In this document: one piece after another, positions 26,101 to 39,064 of the stretch
Position numbering within the stretch: the first letter of the stretch is position 1
Layout: every line of letters starts with the position of its first letter
Source: Eledone cirrhosa
Lineage: Eukaryota
Reading direction: 5' to 3'
Assembly: GCA_964016885.1 (NCBI GenBank)
Contig: OZ024742.1
Coordinates: forward strand, 299,398,001-299,462,000
DNA: 64,000 nt
Program-made: the position numbers and the translations under genes
Notes under the pieces: model-generated
The model's input: only the letters and a program-made list of their open reading frames with translations
Databases searched by the model: none
Told to the model about the DNA's origin: nothing

Positions 26101-26182
26101 CCCGGACAAACCACCCACACCCGGATATGTCTCCGCAAACAGTAATTCTCTTCTCGAATGGGCCATGGTGCCCAAATCCTGA
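23045..26182 (+). CDS. LINE ORF2: APE endonuclease + reverse transcriptase
   Basis: Frame open from 23045 (after TAA 23042-44). LNAQGI, LTETH, GDFNLP, LSDH (APE); NYRPISLT, YLDFSKAFD, GVPQGTVLGP, FADD (RT). Confidence 0.95.
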   Translation, partial: TGNFFLFFSHNESGKRTGKKHSSYHPAPPSTITPLHKLPLLPLTNKQINNTPKQLKPSTLASTFLLNAQGISPSTNTQKWKIKFLEDWIDVHPNHIPFFVLTETHLSNLHLEAEVKVKNFKAIRADRAGRRKGGTAIYVHNSFSTEAMNIFTNGYCEAVTVFSQTNNLLVVGLYRPPQTPVPCFKECLNSIKCFIQECHPDNILMMGDFNLPGVDWSTNTLPPGSSASTSDREAVESLLDFMDDFFLSQLVLEPTRCHKNVLDLIFSNHTDNIHNIAVEKTLLSDHDMVLCDLSFHRPIYKPNVISPVHPFDAMDFHNANWEAISHDLAHVDWSFTHTHTPTNIKKSWQTFVDTVTNICAKHTPLRTINKSKSRIPRNRKTLIRKIKRTNKKINKLKYCQQQHINLTAISSLEIKKHNLQNNIMSLINNQRRAEEAWAIEKIKLNPKVFFSFAKKHKITGSTVGPLIDENGTLQDNAKTMGEILQKQYCSVFSNPDMADLGCIGDVTPHYTLSDITFGAPDVLAAIKEIKHNSAVGPDRFPACVLKACQHQLASPLANLWRNSLDAGYVPENLLSQSVVPVFKKGNKSLAVNYRPISLTSHIIKVFERVVRSRMTHFLESNNMLNSNQHGFRNGRDCLTQLLHHFDDILRALGEGSNTDVIYLDFSKAFDRVDHNILLRKLSNIGVTGKLLQWIKSFLSNRTQHVVVEGVKSSPARVSSGVPQGTVLGPLLFIIYINDITDIIKHSNIKIFADDSKLQKVINGVDDRISLQSDLLAVTQWAEKNNMLLNEDKFELIHFGKEDALKLPYSLPSGETLVASNNIRDLGVTVDSNISWTTHISSKVDMARRMCSWILRTFQSRDSRTIILLFSTFARPHLEYCCPLWSPHTKQSIMKLEAPQRAITKKIDGMSDLDYWGRLENLKLYSLQRRRERYIICMMWKMFHHHCPNDVGIAFKIHPRLGPRAIRPIQKSKSQLITTIRHNYFTSIGPALFNITPGHVKTETDPTKFKKSLDKFLQVIPDKPPTPGYVSANSNSLLEWAMVPKS

Positions 26183-26545
26183 ATTGAAAGACTTCGCCAG
26201 GTGGTGCTATTAAGTTAGACATGGCCTGGGCCAATACTGGCCAAAACATTTCAAAGTTATTCAAAGTTATTCAAAGTTATATATATATATATATACATAT
26301 ATACATATATACATATATATACATATATATACATATATATACATATATATATATACATATATACATATATATACATATATATACATATATATATATACAT
26401 ATATATATACATATATATACATATATATACATATATATACATATATATACATATATATATATACATATATATATATACATATATATATATATACATATAT
26501 ACATATATATATATACATATACATATATATATATATACATATACA

Positions 26546-26596
<51 letters not shown>

Positions 26597-26602
26597 GTAT
26601 AC

Positions 26603-26633
<31 letters not shown>

Positions 26634-26802
26634 CATATGTATATATACATATGTATACATATATATATATACATATGTATATATACATATGTATAAATAT
26701 ATATATATATATGTATATATACATATGTATACATATATATATATATATGTATATATACATATCTATACATATATATATATATATACACATATATATATAC
26801 AC

Positions 26803-26841
<39 letters not shown>

Positions 26842-26842
26842 C

Positions 26843-27117
26843 ATGAAGAAGGCCTTTCGTCATCAGGAAGTCTATTCTCAGCCAAGTTCCCAGGCAATGC
26901 GTGGACACAGGGAACTTATACAAAAATAAATCAGTGGATGGAAAAAAGCAACGTGGACTAAATTCCAAGACATTGAAAAAATCACTGCCTACTTGGTCGG
27001 TGGCAAATTCAAAAGAATCAATCACGTGACATCGAGGTTAATCAGTGAGGAGTGGGGTGTTAAGAAGACAGTAGCCGAACTATTACTATGAACTATAGTA
27101 GCAGTTTTGGCAAATTT
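26843..27117 (-). mobile_element. Fragment of the pLTR family at 50745-51570, truncated just after the hammerhead CTGATGA box
   Basis: Reverse complement aligns with 50745-50945 (CCTCGATGTCACGTGATTGATTC..GAATTTGCCACCGAC..GAGAATAG.CTTCC.TGA.GAC). Confidence 0.8.
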
Positions 27118-27135
27118 ATATATATATATACATAC

Positions 27136-27194
<59 letters not shown>

Positions 27195-27195
27195 C

Positions 27196-27300
<105 letters not shown>

Positions 27301-27347
27301 CATATATGTATATATGTATATATATATATACATATATATATATATAC

Positions 27348-27428
<81 letters not shown>

Positions 27429-27489
27429 CATATATATATACATATATATTTATATATACATATATATATATATACATATATATATATAC

Positions 27490-27520
<31 letters not shown>

Positions 27521-28827
27521 CATATATATACATATATATAGTATTAGACAACATCCACCCACTTGAACGGCACTACACCGCTCTAAGGGTAATTTGAGCA
27601 TGAATTGATCGGTTGGATAGTGTTGTGCAGAGGAAACACCTTCCTTAGACAGATGAAAAATGTTTTAATCTAGTAACGCTGTTGACCAGTAGGACCGGGC
27701 TGCTGAGCGCAGTGAGTGAATGCATTGCAACAGCCGTGCGGGTTGTACATATATGGATGATCTGACGGTCAGAGAGGGGTCGCGATGACTGCGGATTGAC
27801 CTCTGGCCGGCCTGGGGATGATTATCTCTCGACATCCAATATAGCAAGCGATGACCCATATCTTACCAGAGATCATTGGGTCCTGAAGCAATCCTGCAAT
27901 CACCGCGCCTGGTCCTATGAGTAGACTACGACCACAGAGATCATTATTTAGAATCCTCGCTCATCATCTATAATTTCCATTTGTGGCACCTTACGATGGG
28001 TTAATCCACCATAATAATATGATCACCTTCAGCATAACTTAATTAAACTACTCTATAGTTAATACACTTTATGTTTTAAAAATTTCTCTTGGAGGATGCG
28101 CATCACCATAGAAATTAGGGTCTATATTGGGACACATTTTAATAGCTAGGTATAGAAACCCCAGAGTTACCTCCCCGCATGCATTAACTCCCCTTAGCCA
28201 CACACACACTTCCGGGCGGTATTCAATGGCGTTTCTCGAAACGTAACAGCCTCCTGTATTGAACTAAAGAACACCAGACTACGATCTCTAACTGGATTGT
28301 CGTGGATTATGTGAAGGGCATATAATCGAATAATACACTCCCCTGACCATGAAAATGCCGAAGTACATGAAATACTTGACTTCCCTGCGCTGTGCATCTC
28401 CAATACTTTTAACACTTTTAATGCTTGCACTATTTTTAATGCTTATAATATTTCTCCACACACAGACTATATCAATCATATAAAGAATTTGCCACCAGAT
28501 CTACCAACCTAACACTCTTGTTTACCTACCTAAGTGCCTCTACCACACATATCTCTCTGCCACACTATATAAACAAGACGCACATGCGTGCCACACATAT
28601 AACATTTGCACTATATAACCGCTTATCTTCATGTTGTATTTTAACCTGTATTTTGATTTTTGATTGTACCTCTTAATATAAATGTAATCTCGAAGTGTGT
28701 ACTGCCACTCTAAATTTTGTAATGAATGTTGACCCACAATGTTTGAATATGTATCAATGTTTGAATATGTATCGGTATGTCTCTCGGCTGAAAAGGAGGT
28801 CATATAACTGTCCATGCATTAATAAAT

Positions 28828-28874
28828 TGCTCCGAAGAATCCAAACCTCGGTTTGGAGGAAACAGCTGTAAGCA
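28828..28874 (+). ncRNA. Type I hammerhead-like motif with U4C core (CCGAAGA)
   Basis: TGCT CCGAAGA A TCCAAACC TC GGTTTGGA G GAAA CAGCTG T A AGCA: stem I, stem II and palindromic stem III, about 45 nt upstream of (TA)n. Confidence 0.7.
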
Positions 28875-28926
28875 CTATAATGTTTTGAACAGTTCTTTGA
28901 TTCTTATATTTCATATATTTCATACA

Positions 28927-29058
<132 letters not shown>

Positions 29059-29273
29059 TACATATATATATATATATATATCAAAATGAATATCCGAAGG
29101 CAAGGTAAAATTTCCAATCATTTTAATCACGACACATGTTTCAATAAGAGATTCTGTGCATAGCTGAAACCCTTAATATTATTAGAGGCGGCCCCTATTT
29201 ATTAATAGGAGAGCGTATTTTTTCAGCCACTGCCAACATAGAACCTCGAAAACCTTCCGCAATATTTTTGCAA

Positions 29274-30160
29274 AGTAACCCACCAATAACTCCTCCCTCT
29301 CTACTTTAACCATGGAGTTCTCTCAATAAACAGACAGTCACACACTCAGGTAGTTAGACGGCTAAGATCGTTTGCCCACTTACAAACGGTACTCGGCGTG
29401 TTTCCACAGAGTTCTCACAGCTGAGTGCACTTTAGAATACCTAGTTAGTAAATAGTTTGAATGATTACACACTCAGAATACCTAGTTAGTAAATGATTAC
29501 ACACTCAGGAAAGACCGACTACGCGCATTTACCTTTACTTTAAGGTACCCTAACCTTTGAGTTCTCTCGGTTGGGATATAGCTAGACGTATTGCACACTC
29601 AGTTAAGACCGTTTACGCTCTCTATACATAACTCTACACACAATACCCGTTTTCTTTAGACATTGAGTTCGCAAAGTTACGACTGGTCACGTTCCTACCG
29701 ATTGAACACTGCTCTAGGTTTTGATCATCTAACCATCGAGTGCTCACAGTTACGGATTGAACAATAATACTTACACACCATTAATGGGCCTACACACATC
29801 CGCTAGGCTTTGCTATCCTTTGTTATTTTACTTTACATTTTGTGTTGGATAACATACCTCCACCACTCACACACCTATCTTAAAAGCCCAAGGGCCCCTA
29901 TGACAAGAAATCGCACCACTGACACCTTAACCCAAATACCCAACCCTACACGGAGCCTCTTGCTGGCCTACATAGCGGGTGCTTGCACGCACAGATTTGG
30001 GGACTCGGATTCTCAATGGGACAGCGGTACATACTGAGTTGGATATGAGCTGATTGCTTGCTCTTCACATGGATGTGTATATACCTAGACATACACTTTT
30101 TTGGACGATACGGATGTGTATATACCATAACATACACTATTTGGAGTTACGGGTGTTACA
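29274..30160. repeat. Possible solo LTR or unclassified repeat with internal subrepeats
   Basis: Imperfect inverted ends AGTAACC..TAACTCC / GGAGTTACGGGTGTTACA, with recurrent CACACTCAG and GAGTTCTC motifs. No TSD seen. Confidence 0.3.
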
Positions 30161-30337
30161 ATTCAATCTATACACGTATAGCAGAACACTGAACTGAATT
30201 TACTTGCTTGTGTGTGTGTGTGTGTTTATGGGGCTGTGGTTGACCCAATATTTCCAATTTGCATCGTCAAATTAAGATTGTTGTTTTGTAAACTAACTTT
30301 TCGGTGAATGCTATGTTGGTATATTCTTATATTTGTT

Positions 30338-30552
30338 GTTTTTTCTTTGACATCGCTTCGGTGTGTGTGAGAGTGTGTGTGTACCCACTCATACTAATTG
30401 TGACCGCATATAGTTCTACAGATTTGATACTGTGTTGATGTGTGTATATATTTATATATTTTTTCTTTGACTTCGAGTCGGTATATCTGGGTGTTAAGTG
30501 TGTGTGTACCCACTCACATTAACTGTGACCGATTGTATTCTACAGATTTGAT
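30338..30552. repeat. Diverged direct repeat, about 120-bp period, two copies
   Basis: TTTTTCTTTGAC..GTGTGTACCCACTCA..TGTGACCG..TTCTACAGATTTGAT occurs twice. Confidence 0.8.
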
Positions 30553-30751
30553 TGATGTCCAGCGTCTTTTGCAGCTATTGGGATATAGAAATTTGATTGT
30601 TTTATGACCTTAACTGAAGTTGATAGCAGTCGCCGCATTTTGACTGGTTGATCTTTATATGAGGGAATAAACTCTGTGAGTGAACATGGCTAATTTTCTC
30701 CCTCATATCAAGAATTTGAAGACAATTCATAGTCTTCAATTTTATTATTAT

Positions 30752-30840
<89 letters not shown>

Positions 30841-30848
<8 letters not shown>

Positions 30849-31012
30849 AAGAAGAATTAATAGACACAGATATATACCTATTCTTTCTTCAATAACAATG
30901 TTGCATCTCTATGATGTCGGATTGTTGCATACTAACCAGCGAAACTGTACAGTCGGGACATTGAAGAAAAAATAGGTTTATATCTGTGTCTATTATCTCT
31001 TCTTACTTTATA
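30841..31012 (+). mobile_element. Fold-back PLE-like relic with decayed hammerhead (30906-30958)
   Basis: About 50-bp inverted arms (30841-30893 / 30960-31012) flank CT-ATGA..ACTAACCAGC GAAA CTGTACAG TC GGGA. Confidence 0.7.
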
Positions 31013-31317
31013 ATATGTTACATAGCTCTGATATTGAGTCAGTTTAATTATTTCGATTATCTTGTCTCTCATAATCATAGAGCAACACTGGTTAAGGTCG
31101 ACATCACACACACTCACATACTTGTGAAAAGAATATGTGTATATATACATGTGCATGTATGTATGCACATATATGTGCGTACCTCTCATTATTATTTATA
31201 TATATTCATGTATTGTGAGCGTTATTGTGTCTGTCACCGACTGCTTGATCACCTAAAACCCTAAGTAAAAGCATGATGCATACTATCAAGTCGTACTCTA
31301 TTGCGATTAATGTATAT

Positions 31318-31500
31318 AATTGTTTCTACTTTAGGCACAAGGCCAGCAATTATCCAGTGCATTACTGGTACTTTATTTTATCGACCCCGTAAGGATGAAA
31401 GGCAAAGTTAACCTCGGCGGGAATTGAACTCAGATCGTAAAGGGACGTAACTCTGCTGGAAAGCATAATCCGACCCTCTACCGATACTGCCAATTCACCG
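31318..31500 (-). mobile_element. tRNA-derived SINE, full length
   Basis: Reverse complement of the 53753-53935 sequence. Confidence 0.92.
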
Positions 31501-31987
31501 AAATGTATTGACTAAGCTATAACATTAAATATATGGTATGTATCTAGGTTATGTTACAAACTGTATTATTATAACCTTCCATCTTGGCCCAGTTTTCTTT
31601 ATCTTTAATGTTAGCAAGGAAGAAAGTATGGTATGGGATGATTCATCAGAATTGTAATAATAGTGTTTCAATAAACACCTTTTTATGTACCAAAAAGAAA
31701 CTATTAAACTTCACACTGTGTATTATTCTGATAAACAGATTTATATAGTAAAATGCTGACATAGTGAAAAGTGAAAAGATAACGGATATTCTAAATAATC
31801 CTTCCCAATATGGATTAGATATGTTAAGAAGACATACGCATTAACCATGGCACATTAAACTCCTCGATTAATAAGTGAACAGGTCACTAGACTTTGTAGA
31901 TGTCAGCAATTACGTGTCTCACACACAAACAAACACGCAAACAAAGGAACACACTCACACACAGACAGATGTGTATATATATTTATA

Positions 31988-32022
31988 GAGAGAGGAGGGG
32001 GGGAGAGAGGAAGAGAGAGAAA

Positions 32023-32085
<63 letters not shown>
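31988..32085. repeat. (GA)n microsatellite
   Basis: Direct inspection. Confidence 0.95.
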
Positions 32086-32088
<3 letters not shown>

Positions 32089-32209
32089 TGTAAATACCTG
32101 ACCGCTACAATTGGCTGGGTTTGTATCTTCTATACTCACTCTTGTCCTTCCTATGCATAAATTACTCCCCTGATTTGTGATCTCCCCGGTCTCAGAACCA
32201 CAGGGTTTA

Positions 32210-32240
<31 letters not shown>

Positions 32241-33319
32241 GTAAATGTGTGTGTGTGTGTCGTTGTGTATGTATGCGTATAAAAGGCCATCCGCGTGTAC
32301 ATGCATAATATAGTTCGCTATATCCAGTATAAGCCCTGCACAAATAATAGAGAGCGAAGGAGAAAAAAATGAGAGCGAGAGTGAGCGTGGGTATATTTAC
32401 ATCAGCACAAATAAGATTGTGAAAATAAATCTTAATACGTGTGAATAACCAGGTTATACTAGATGGAGTGGAATATTTTAAAAAGAGAGGAGAATAGATA
32501 TATTTGTAGAAAGAAAATCTAAAATTAAAAGATCAATTATAAAATTAGTATTGGTGCAATGAATTTTGTGCAAGAGAAATTAATGATTATTAAATCAGAA
32601 ATGATTAAATTGTTAATGTGAAGTTTGAAAAACAATTGAAAACAAATTTCTCAAAATGTTTATGTCGCGTTTTTTATTCGTGGTATTAGTATATAGTTAT
32701 GGTTTTTACCTTCTGAATTAAACTTTCGGTGAACTCAATTTTCTCTTTCATCCTTCCAGGATTGATAGAATAACGTACCCGATAAGTACTCGATCGTTTT
32801 AGTCGGCTATCCCACACCCAAATTCCTGTCGGTGTGTCTAACTTAGAAATTTTATATATTCTTGATCTCATTTAACGAGAATCGATAATACTTTCAGAAT
32901 TATTTTACATATTTTCATTAAGTAATATACTATCGTTTTCGCGTCAGCGATTTACATAAAAAGAAGAAAATCTGATCGTTACATCGGACTAAGGAAACTA
33001 TGTTTCTATTGTTCATTCCTTTGTTGACACTATCTGTCGGTTGTAACTCCTAATAGTTCTGTACAAGTTGTCATTTGTTACATCTTCTATGAGTATTTTC
33101 TGAGTTTAAACTTCCTACGTATATCTAAGGCATTTATACTGATTCATCCAGATATCGATACTAAATACTTTGATATAATTTTATTTACCTACTGTAGAAA
33201 CTATTTATATACGATAGTATATTTGATAAATTTTCTTTTACTTCCTGGCGTAATTGTTCTGAGTTATTTACTTTTTTGAATCACAGTAACTTCATTTAAT
33301 CAATAAATGTTGGTGTTAT

Positions 33320-33657
33320 GGTAGATTGGCAGTATCGGTACAGGGTCGGACACTATGCTTTCCAGCATAGTTACGTCCCATTACAATCTGAGTTCAAATC
33401 CCGCCGAGGTTGACTTTACCTTTCATCCTTACGGGGTCGATAAAATAAAGTACCAGTAATACACTGGGTTATTGCTGGCCTTGTGCCTAAAGTAGAAACA
33501 GTTATTTAAATAATTGTTTCTACTTTTGGCACAAGGCCAGCAATAACCCATTACATTACTGGTACTTTATTTTATCGACCCCGTAAGGATGAAAGGCAAA
33601 GTTAACCTCGACGGGATTTGTGGTTAACTTTGCCTTTCATCCTGTTATTTAAATAAT
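33320..33657. mobile_element. Tail-to-tail SINE pair; the second copy has a 14-bp TSD and a 5' inversion
   Basis: Plus copy 33320-33500; minus copy 33515-33620 plus inverted piece 33622-33643. GTTATTTAAATAAT occurs at 33501-33514 and 33644-33657. Confidence 0.88.
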
Positions 33658-35949
33658 GACATTTGAGAGGTATTATTTTGTTTTCTTAGATACATCTTTG
33701 CGTTCCTAATATCTGCACTTTAATGTTCTTTGAAAGTGTCGAGTTTATTTCATTAGTTAAATCAATATATTTCAGACATTTCCATTTCCTCTTCACTATT
33801 TCAGTGATCTTATTGCTTAAAGATAAAACATTGTATCTAATTAAACTACTTATCTCCCTTTGTCTAGGACTGTTTCACCTTAAAATGACCCCACCAATAA
33901 TGTTTGACTTCTACCTCAGAGTGGATATCTTTCAATAGTACTTCAAACCCCTGCAACTAGCATTTATTTCCCATTTTCTTATTTACTTTTATATTAAATA
34001 ATATTTTGAGATATAGAATATCGAATATTAAGACAAAAAACAAAATGATTCAATTTACTAATATACCTAAATGAACGTTTTCCAATATTCTTTGCTTCAT
34101 TTTCGATGACGGCTGAATTTCGTCTTTGTTAAACATTTGAAAATCATTTAGCACTTTTAATACCAAACTGTCTGGAACTGTTACTAAGCAATTTATTTCG
34201 AAGTGCTTATATTTCTCTATACACTTTCCACCAATTTGGGACGAGAGTATCTTGTATGGGGAAGATACCAGAGGAAGAATGGTTGATATAGAGAGTATCG
34301 TTAAATATTCTCCACGGGAATGCTTTCGCCCTCGTGTCAGAAGGATACAGCTGAGATGTACTGTTAAGTCAAGTGTTTAGAAAATCTACACACCATTTCT
34401 CTTTTCTTTTTCTAACCCCAACACGCTTTTTTCTCACATTTCCTTTTTTTAATATTTGAAATTGAATATGAAAAATTTAATCAATCGAAATTATATATAT
34501 ATTTCTCATTTTAAAAGCCATTTGCTCTCTTTCTCTCTCTCACATACACACACACGCACACACACATACACACACACACGTGCACACACAATTCATTTAA
34601 ACAAACCTGATTCCACATATGGCTTTTGCTCTTCTCGCTTTCACAAAATACTACGTATAACCATTCCACGGACCTATCCACTTGTTTGAATCCCCACCCT
34701 ATTTTTTTTATTTAGTTTAAAATATAAGCAGCCTTTGTCTTCGATTTAGTATATACTTCAATAAACCCTTCAAAAATCATTTAAAGCTTCACTTTGTGGA
34801 CGACACAATTTCTCAAGGTGAGTATTTTTTATAGTCATTTAAATATAACATTTTTACATTGATTTAGCTGTAGATAAATTTGTTCGTCACTAATGAAGGC
34901 AACTTGCTGACTTTGATTTCAATTGAATTTCAATAATTAACATATTTGTTTAAATATTTATAGTGTTAACACAGTACTCTCTCACATACAAACCCAAGCA
35001 CACATCTTTACATGCAAACAATTCATTGAACGAACCTAGATATCATATTAGTGTTTTGTTTTATTTTGTTTATATTATTTGTTGCATTCATTTTCTTCCT
35101 CTTATCAAATATTGCATGCAACAATACACCAACTTCTATTTGCTTTTTCTCCTTTTCTCATTATTCTATTCCACCCATTATAACTAATTCGCTTTAACCT
35201 CATGTTTACACAAGTGTATACATAACTGATTTACGGTATCCCTACGCTGTTTGTAAAGCTGTCTGTGGAAAAATGTAAAGTTCTCTGTCACCTATTCAAA
35301 AATGTTAAAGCTATTGAGACGATACAATTAAATCAATTTAGCTACCCATGACAGTAAATGTTTCACTCATTTCAACATATATAGTTTGATGGATTTTAAA
35401 TTGCGACCCAGTGCTAACATGCTTCGGATGCTACATTTGTTTTCATGTATTCCTTATCATGAAGAATACTATAATAGATATAATGTTCAGCCGTCTATAT
35501 TCATCCTTTCCTATACTAAGTTATTTTATGAAGAAATTAAACTGCATTAACATATGAACACTTCCTTCGAGAATGATGTATGCGCCTCAAGTGGTTTGAT
35601 CAACTGAACGACATACCTAATGGATTGCTTTGGGTTGTGGAATGAGTATCCCCCAGATATCTCTACTTTTAATCTAATTAAGGTAATGTTGCACGTTTGG
35701 ATTACAGTGGCAATCAATTTCCATAAAATTTCCTTCGACCCCAATTCACTAACAATTCATGGTCAATTTAAATCTATGCAAAACTGTACTTTTCTATGAT
35801 GCCACCTTGTGTGCCCAAATGCTTGTGAAGTGTACCTCTTAACCTCTCAGCTACGCCTATGGCCAATAAATTAACAACTGGCACAGTATTTATCCGCGTG
35901 TTACATATAATAGTTACAGTAAACGCACCACCATCCATGAGCATAAATA

Positions 35950-36300
35950 AAGCTGACGAACAGTGGGGATTTCGCTTCGGAAGCAGCACAGCTGACCAAT
36001 TATTCACCCTGCGGTAAGTCTTCAAGAAGTAAGCGAAGTACTGCCAAGATATGTATGCTTGATTCGTAGACCTCTAACAGGCATACGAGCATGTTTCAGA
36101 GGGAGTAATGTAGAAGGCTCTGCAGGAGGATGGAGTCGAATGATAGCACCTTGCTGCTTTGAAGACGTTAGACGAATGCCTTAGAATTTGTTTTCGGGAA
36201 AATGGTGCTAAATTGAATCCATTTAATGTGGGTGTAGCACTCCTCCAAGTATGTGTATTGTCACCTTTCCTGTTCATAATTTCTAATTACAGAATTGACA
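35950..36300 (+). pseudogene. Decayed RTE-clade reverse transcriptase fragment
   Basis: Translates with stops as DEQWGFRFGSSTADQLFTLR..FVDL.QAYEHV..PFNVGVALLQVCVLSPFLFII. Confidence 0.8.
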
Positions 36301-36356
36301 TGAGTAGCCGGGTTGTATATGTTATCAAGACCAGACATCTCCCTGGAATAGGTTTG

Positions 36357-36449
36357 AGAAGAAGAAGAAAAAGAAAAAGAAAAAGAAAAAGAAGAAGAAG
36401 AAGAAGAAGAAGAAGAAGAAGAAGAAGAAGAAGAAGAAGAAGAAGAAGA
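36357..36449. repeat. (GAA)n microsatellite
   Basis: Direct inspection. Confidence 0.97.
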
Positions 36450-37850
36450 TTGATGTTGCCCTTTGTTATAATAATAACATACATCATAATTATCTCCGGA
36501 GTTCTGTTTAGTCAAAATTCCCAAATTCCAATTCTCAAAAATACGTGTGAAATGTGTCATACGTATGAAATATTGATTTTATTCAACCTTCGCAAGGAAA
36601 AAAATATAAGCTGCAATAACAATCTCTATTCTATAAGAATTTAACAAACATAAATAATTTCAATTATAAAATGTTTAACATTTTCCAGTTCCTTCTTATT
36701 TGTCTCCGACCTCTACTTATTTGTTTTAAATATCACCTCCTAAGATATTAGAAATATCTTTCTCAACAAGCATCAAAGTAAATTCTGTTTTTGGAATTAG
36801 TTATTACCTCGGGGTAAATCTTCATTTTGCCGAAAAACATCTTTTCATTTCGAGATCGAAATTGTACATCTTTATTTTCTTTAAAAAATAAGACACTTTG
36901 GAATTATATAAAAAGTATAAGAGGAAAGCAAATTTTCTTACGCATCAAATACAAGGAGATGGCTGGAAATTATTAAACAATGCACATTTTGAAAGAGTTT
37001 TGAAAAAGATAATTTTCTTTAGCAATAGCCTGGAGAAAGCTTGACGCATGCTATTCAACGAAATATGAACATTTTAGTCTACTTGAATCATTTTTAGTTG
37101 AAAAGAGACAGGAGATACATATACTAATATGTAATGCTAAATGCCTGCAGTACTGTCCTGTTCTAGATAAAGAGCGTGTATGCGATTTCGTTAATCTATG
37201 GCACTGTCATCTTTTGGTTCTAAAAACTGAGTATATGGTTCTCAGGGCTGATTGACTGGTTAAGTAACATTCAATGGTGTTGATGCCTTGCTGATCGATG
37301 CACTAGCTAATAGCTACCATCGGCCTAATGTCTTTGTTTCTGACCCAGTCAGTTTTGTCATCTGATGACGAGAAACAATCATCTCGCAGGTTAAAAGTTC
37401 CACTACTCTAATCTAGGAAATTCCCTTTCACTTAATTATTGCTGAATCAGAAACTCAACAGGTTACTACGATTCTGGATTCACACATTCTACTATGACTG
37501 GACAATAGAAATCTTCGTTACATTTTTATAACAGCATTAATCACTTTGGCATCCCATATTCATTAAGGTTTTGACTAATAATGTATATAGAGCTGTTGCT
37601 TAGCATCATGTCATCTCTGATAGATCAAAATCATTCCAGCCATGCCCTGTCTATACCATTATCTTTCTGACAGTGAATCTAGAACAAGGTTACTAGAAAA
37701 ATGTATATTCTTCTCGTTTTAAGATTTTAAGATGTGATTTTGGCAGCTATTTCAAGGAAGAATTATTGCTATGTCCTATTTCGTTACCATATTTTTCATG
37801 AAAAACACCGTTTATGATTTCCAAATATTATTCTAAATATTCCAAATAAA

Positions 37851-38035
37851 GGGCGGTGGATTGGCAGTATTGGTAGAGGGTCGGACGCCATGCTTTCCAG
37901 CATAGTTACGTCCCTTTACGATCTGAGTTCAAATCCCGCCGAGGTTGACTTTGCCTTACATCCTTACGGGGTCGATAAAATAAAGTACCAGTAATGCACT
38001 GGGTAATTGCTGGCCTTGTGCCTAACGTAGAAACA
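37851..38035 (+). mobile_element. tRNA-derived SINE, full length, with 16-bp TSD
   Basis: Box A and box B, with a Meta-domain-like core. ATTATTCTAAATATTC at 37827-37842 and 38036-38051. Confidence 0.93.
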
Positions 38036-38188
38036 ATTATTCTAAATATTCAGGAATTTAAAGGGATTTAATAATATAAACACAGTTCTCATTATTAAAC
38101 TATTGTAACATTGCTTAACAACCGTTCTTGCATAAAATTATAATTTAATGTTTTTAGATAAATATAACCATTTTAAAATATACATTTT

Positions 38189-38366
38189 CAGATCTGTTGA
38201 CCTCTACAAACTCAAACGGAGGGTACCATGAAAAACAGTGCCCCAATACGGGAAGAAATGAGGCAAAATGGGGAGATTTTACAAAATGAAAGCTATACCA
38301 ATTATAACAAGAAAAGACATCTCTCACCCACCCCCCCTCGTCGGACGGGGAGAGTTGACAGGTCTG
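38189..38366 (-). mobile_element. Old MITE with hAT-like ends
   Basis: Reverse-complement homolog of 55469-55662, ending CAGATCTGTTGAC / GTTGACAGGTCTG. Confidence 0.7.
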
Positions 38367-39004
38367 CATATTTGTATCGAAGAAGCATGAGTGGTTTAAC
38401 GTTGTTCGTTATCAAAAGAGTTCTTAGTTCAACTCTTTTCAATATCAATTTTGACATCACTTACTATGGATAAGTCAATAGAAGTAATATCAATTAAGTA
38501 CTCGGGATCGATTTAATCAACCCTCACTTCCTCTCATATATTTCCTGGTCATTTACGTTAGTTTGAAATCATATATAATCACTATAATTAAATCGATGAA
38601 CATCTTTCTACCTTAGATCCTCGAAAGTCATGTAGCAGCAGATTACCTTATGGCTACAAGGTTTTAAATGTAATCTAATTCTGGTCGATAAAACCAGTTT
38701 GATAATACGTAACGTCACTATACATTTTAACTGAAGGACACTAAAATAAGTGAACGGAGAGTGGGAGAGTAAATTATTGTGACATTGAAAACTGCTTTTG
38801 TTGAATCTAACAGCTACTTTGCTGATTACTTACATTCTATCAGTAATAACCTGCGAGAGTATCTTGGGAATATCTGACATTATAAATAATAGAAACAGTC
38901 TCGATTACTTAGTAAAATATATTAATGTCTATATCTATTACGATGTCTGATTATAGACATGAATACGTGAGAAATTTATACATAAAGTCTCTCTCTCTCA
39001 CACA

Positions 39005-39064
<60 letters not shown>

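Larger units (their letters stand above)
21586..26279 (+). mobile_element. Apparently intact CR1/L2-group (Jockey group) LINE inserted in (TA)n
   Basis: Duplicated 5'UTR block, uninterrupted ORF1 and ORF2, and a short 3'UTR ending in (TTCAAAGTTA)x3. Confidence 0.92.

Noticed and set aside
27740-27790. YMDDL motif suggesting an RT active site
   Set aside because: Short frame with no other RT motifs recognisable, so it may be chance.
34790-34830. Strong donor-like AAG|GTGAGT
   Set aside because: Isolated motif with no supported exon or ORF.
37362-37390. CTGATGA followed by a CGAGA/TCTCG stem
   Set aside because: No GAAA after the stem and no stem I or III.
37851-37945. tRNA gene call for box A/box B sequences
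   Set aside because: These are SINE heads followed by a conserved core and TSDs, with no complete cloverleaf.
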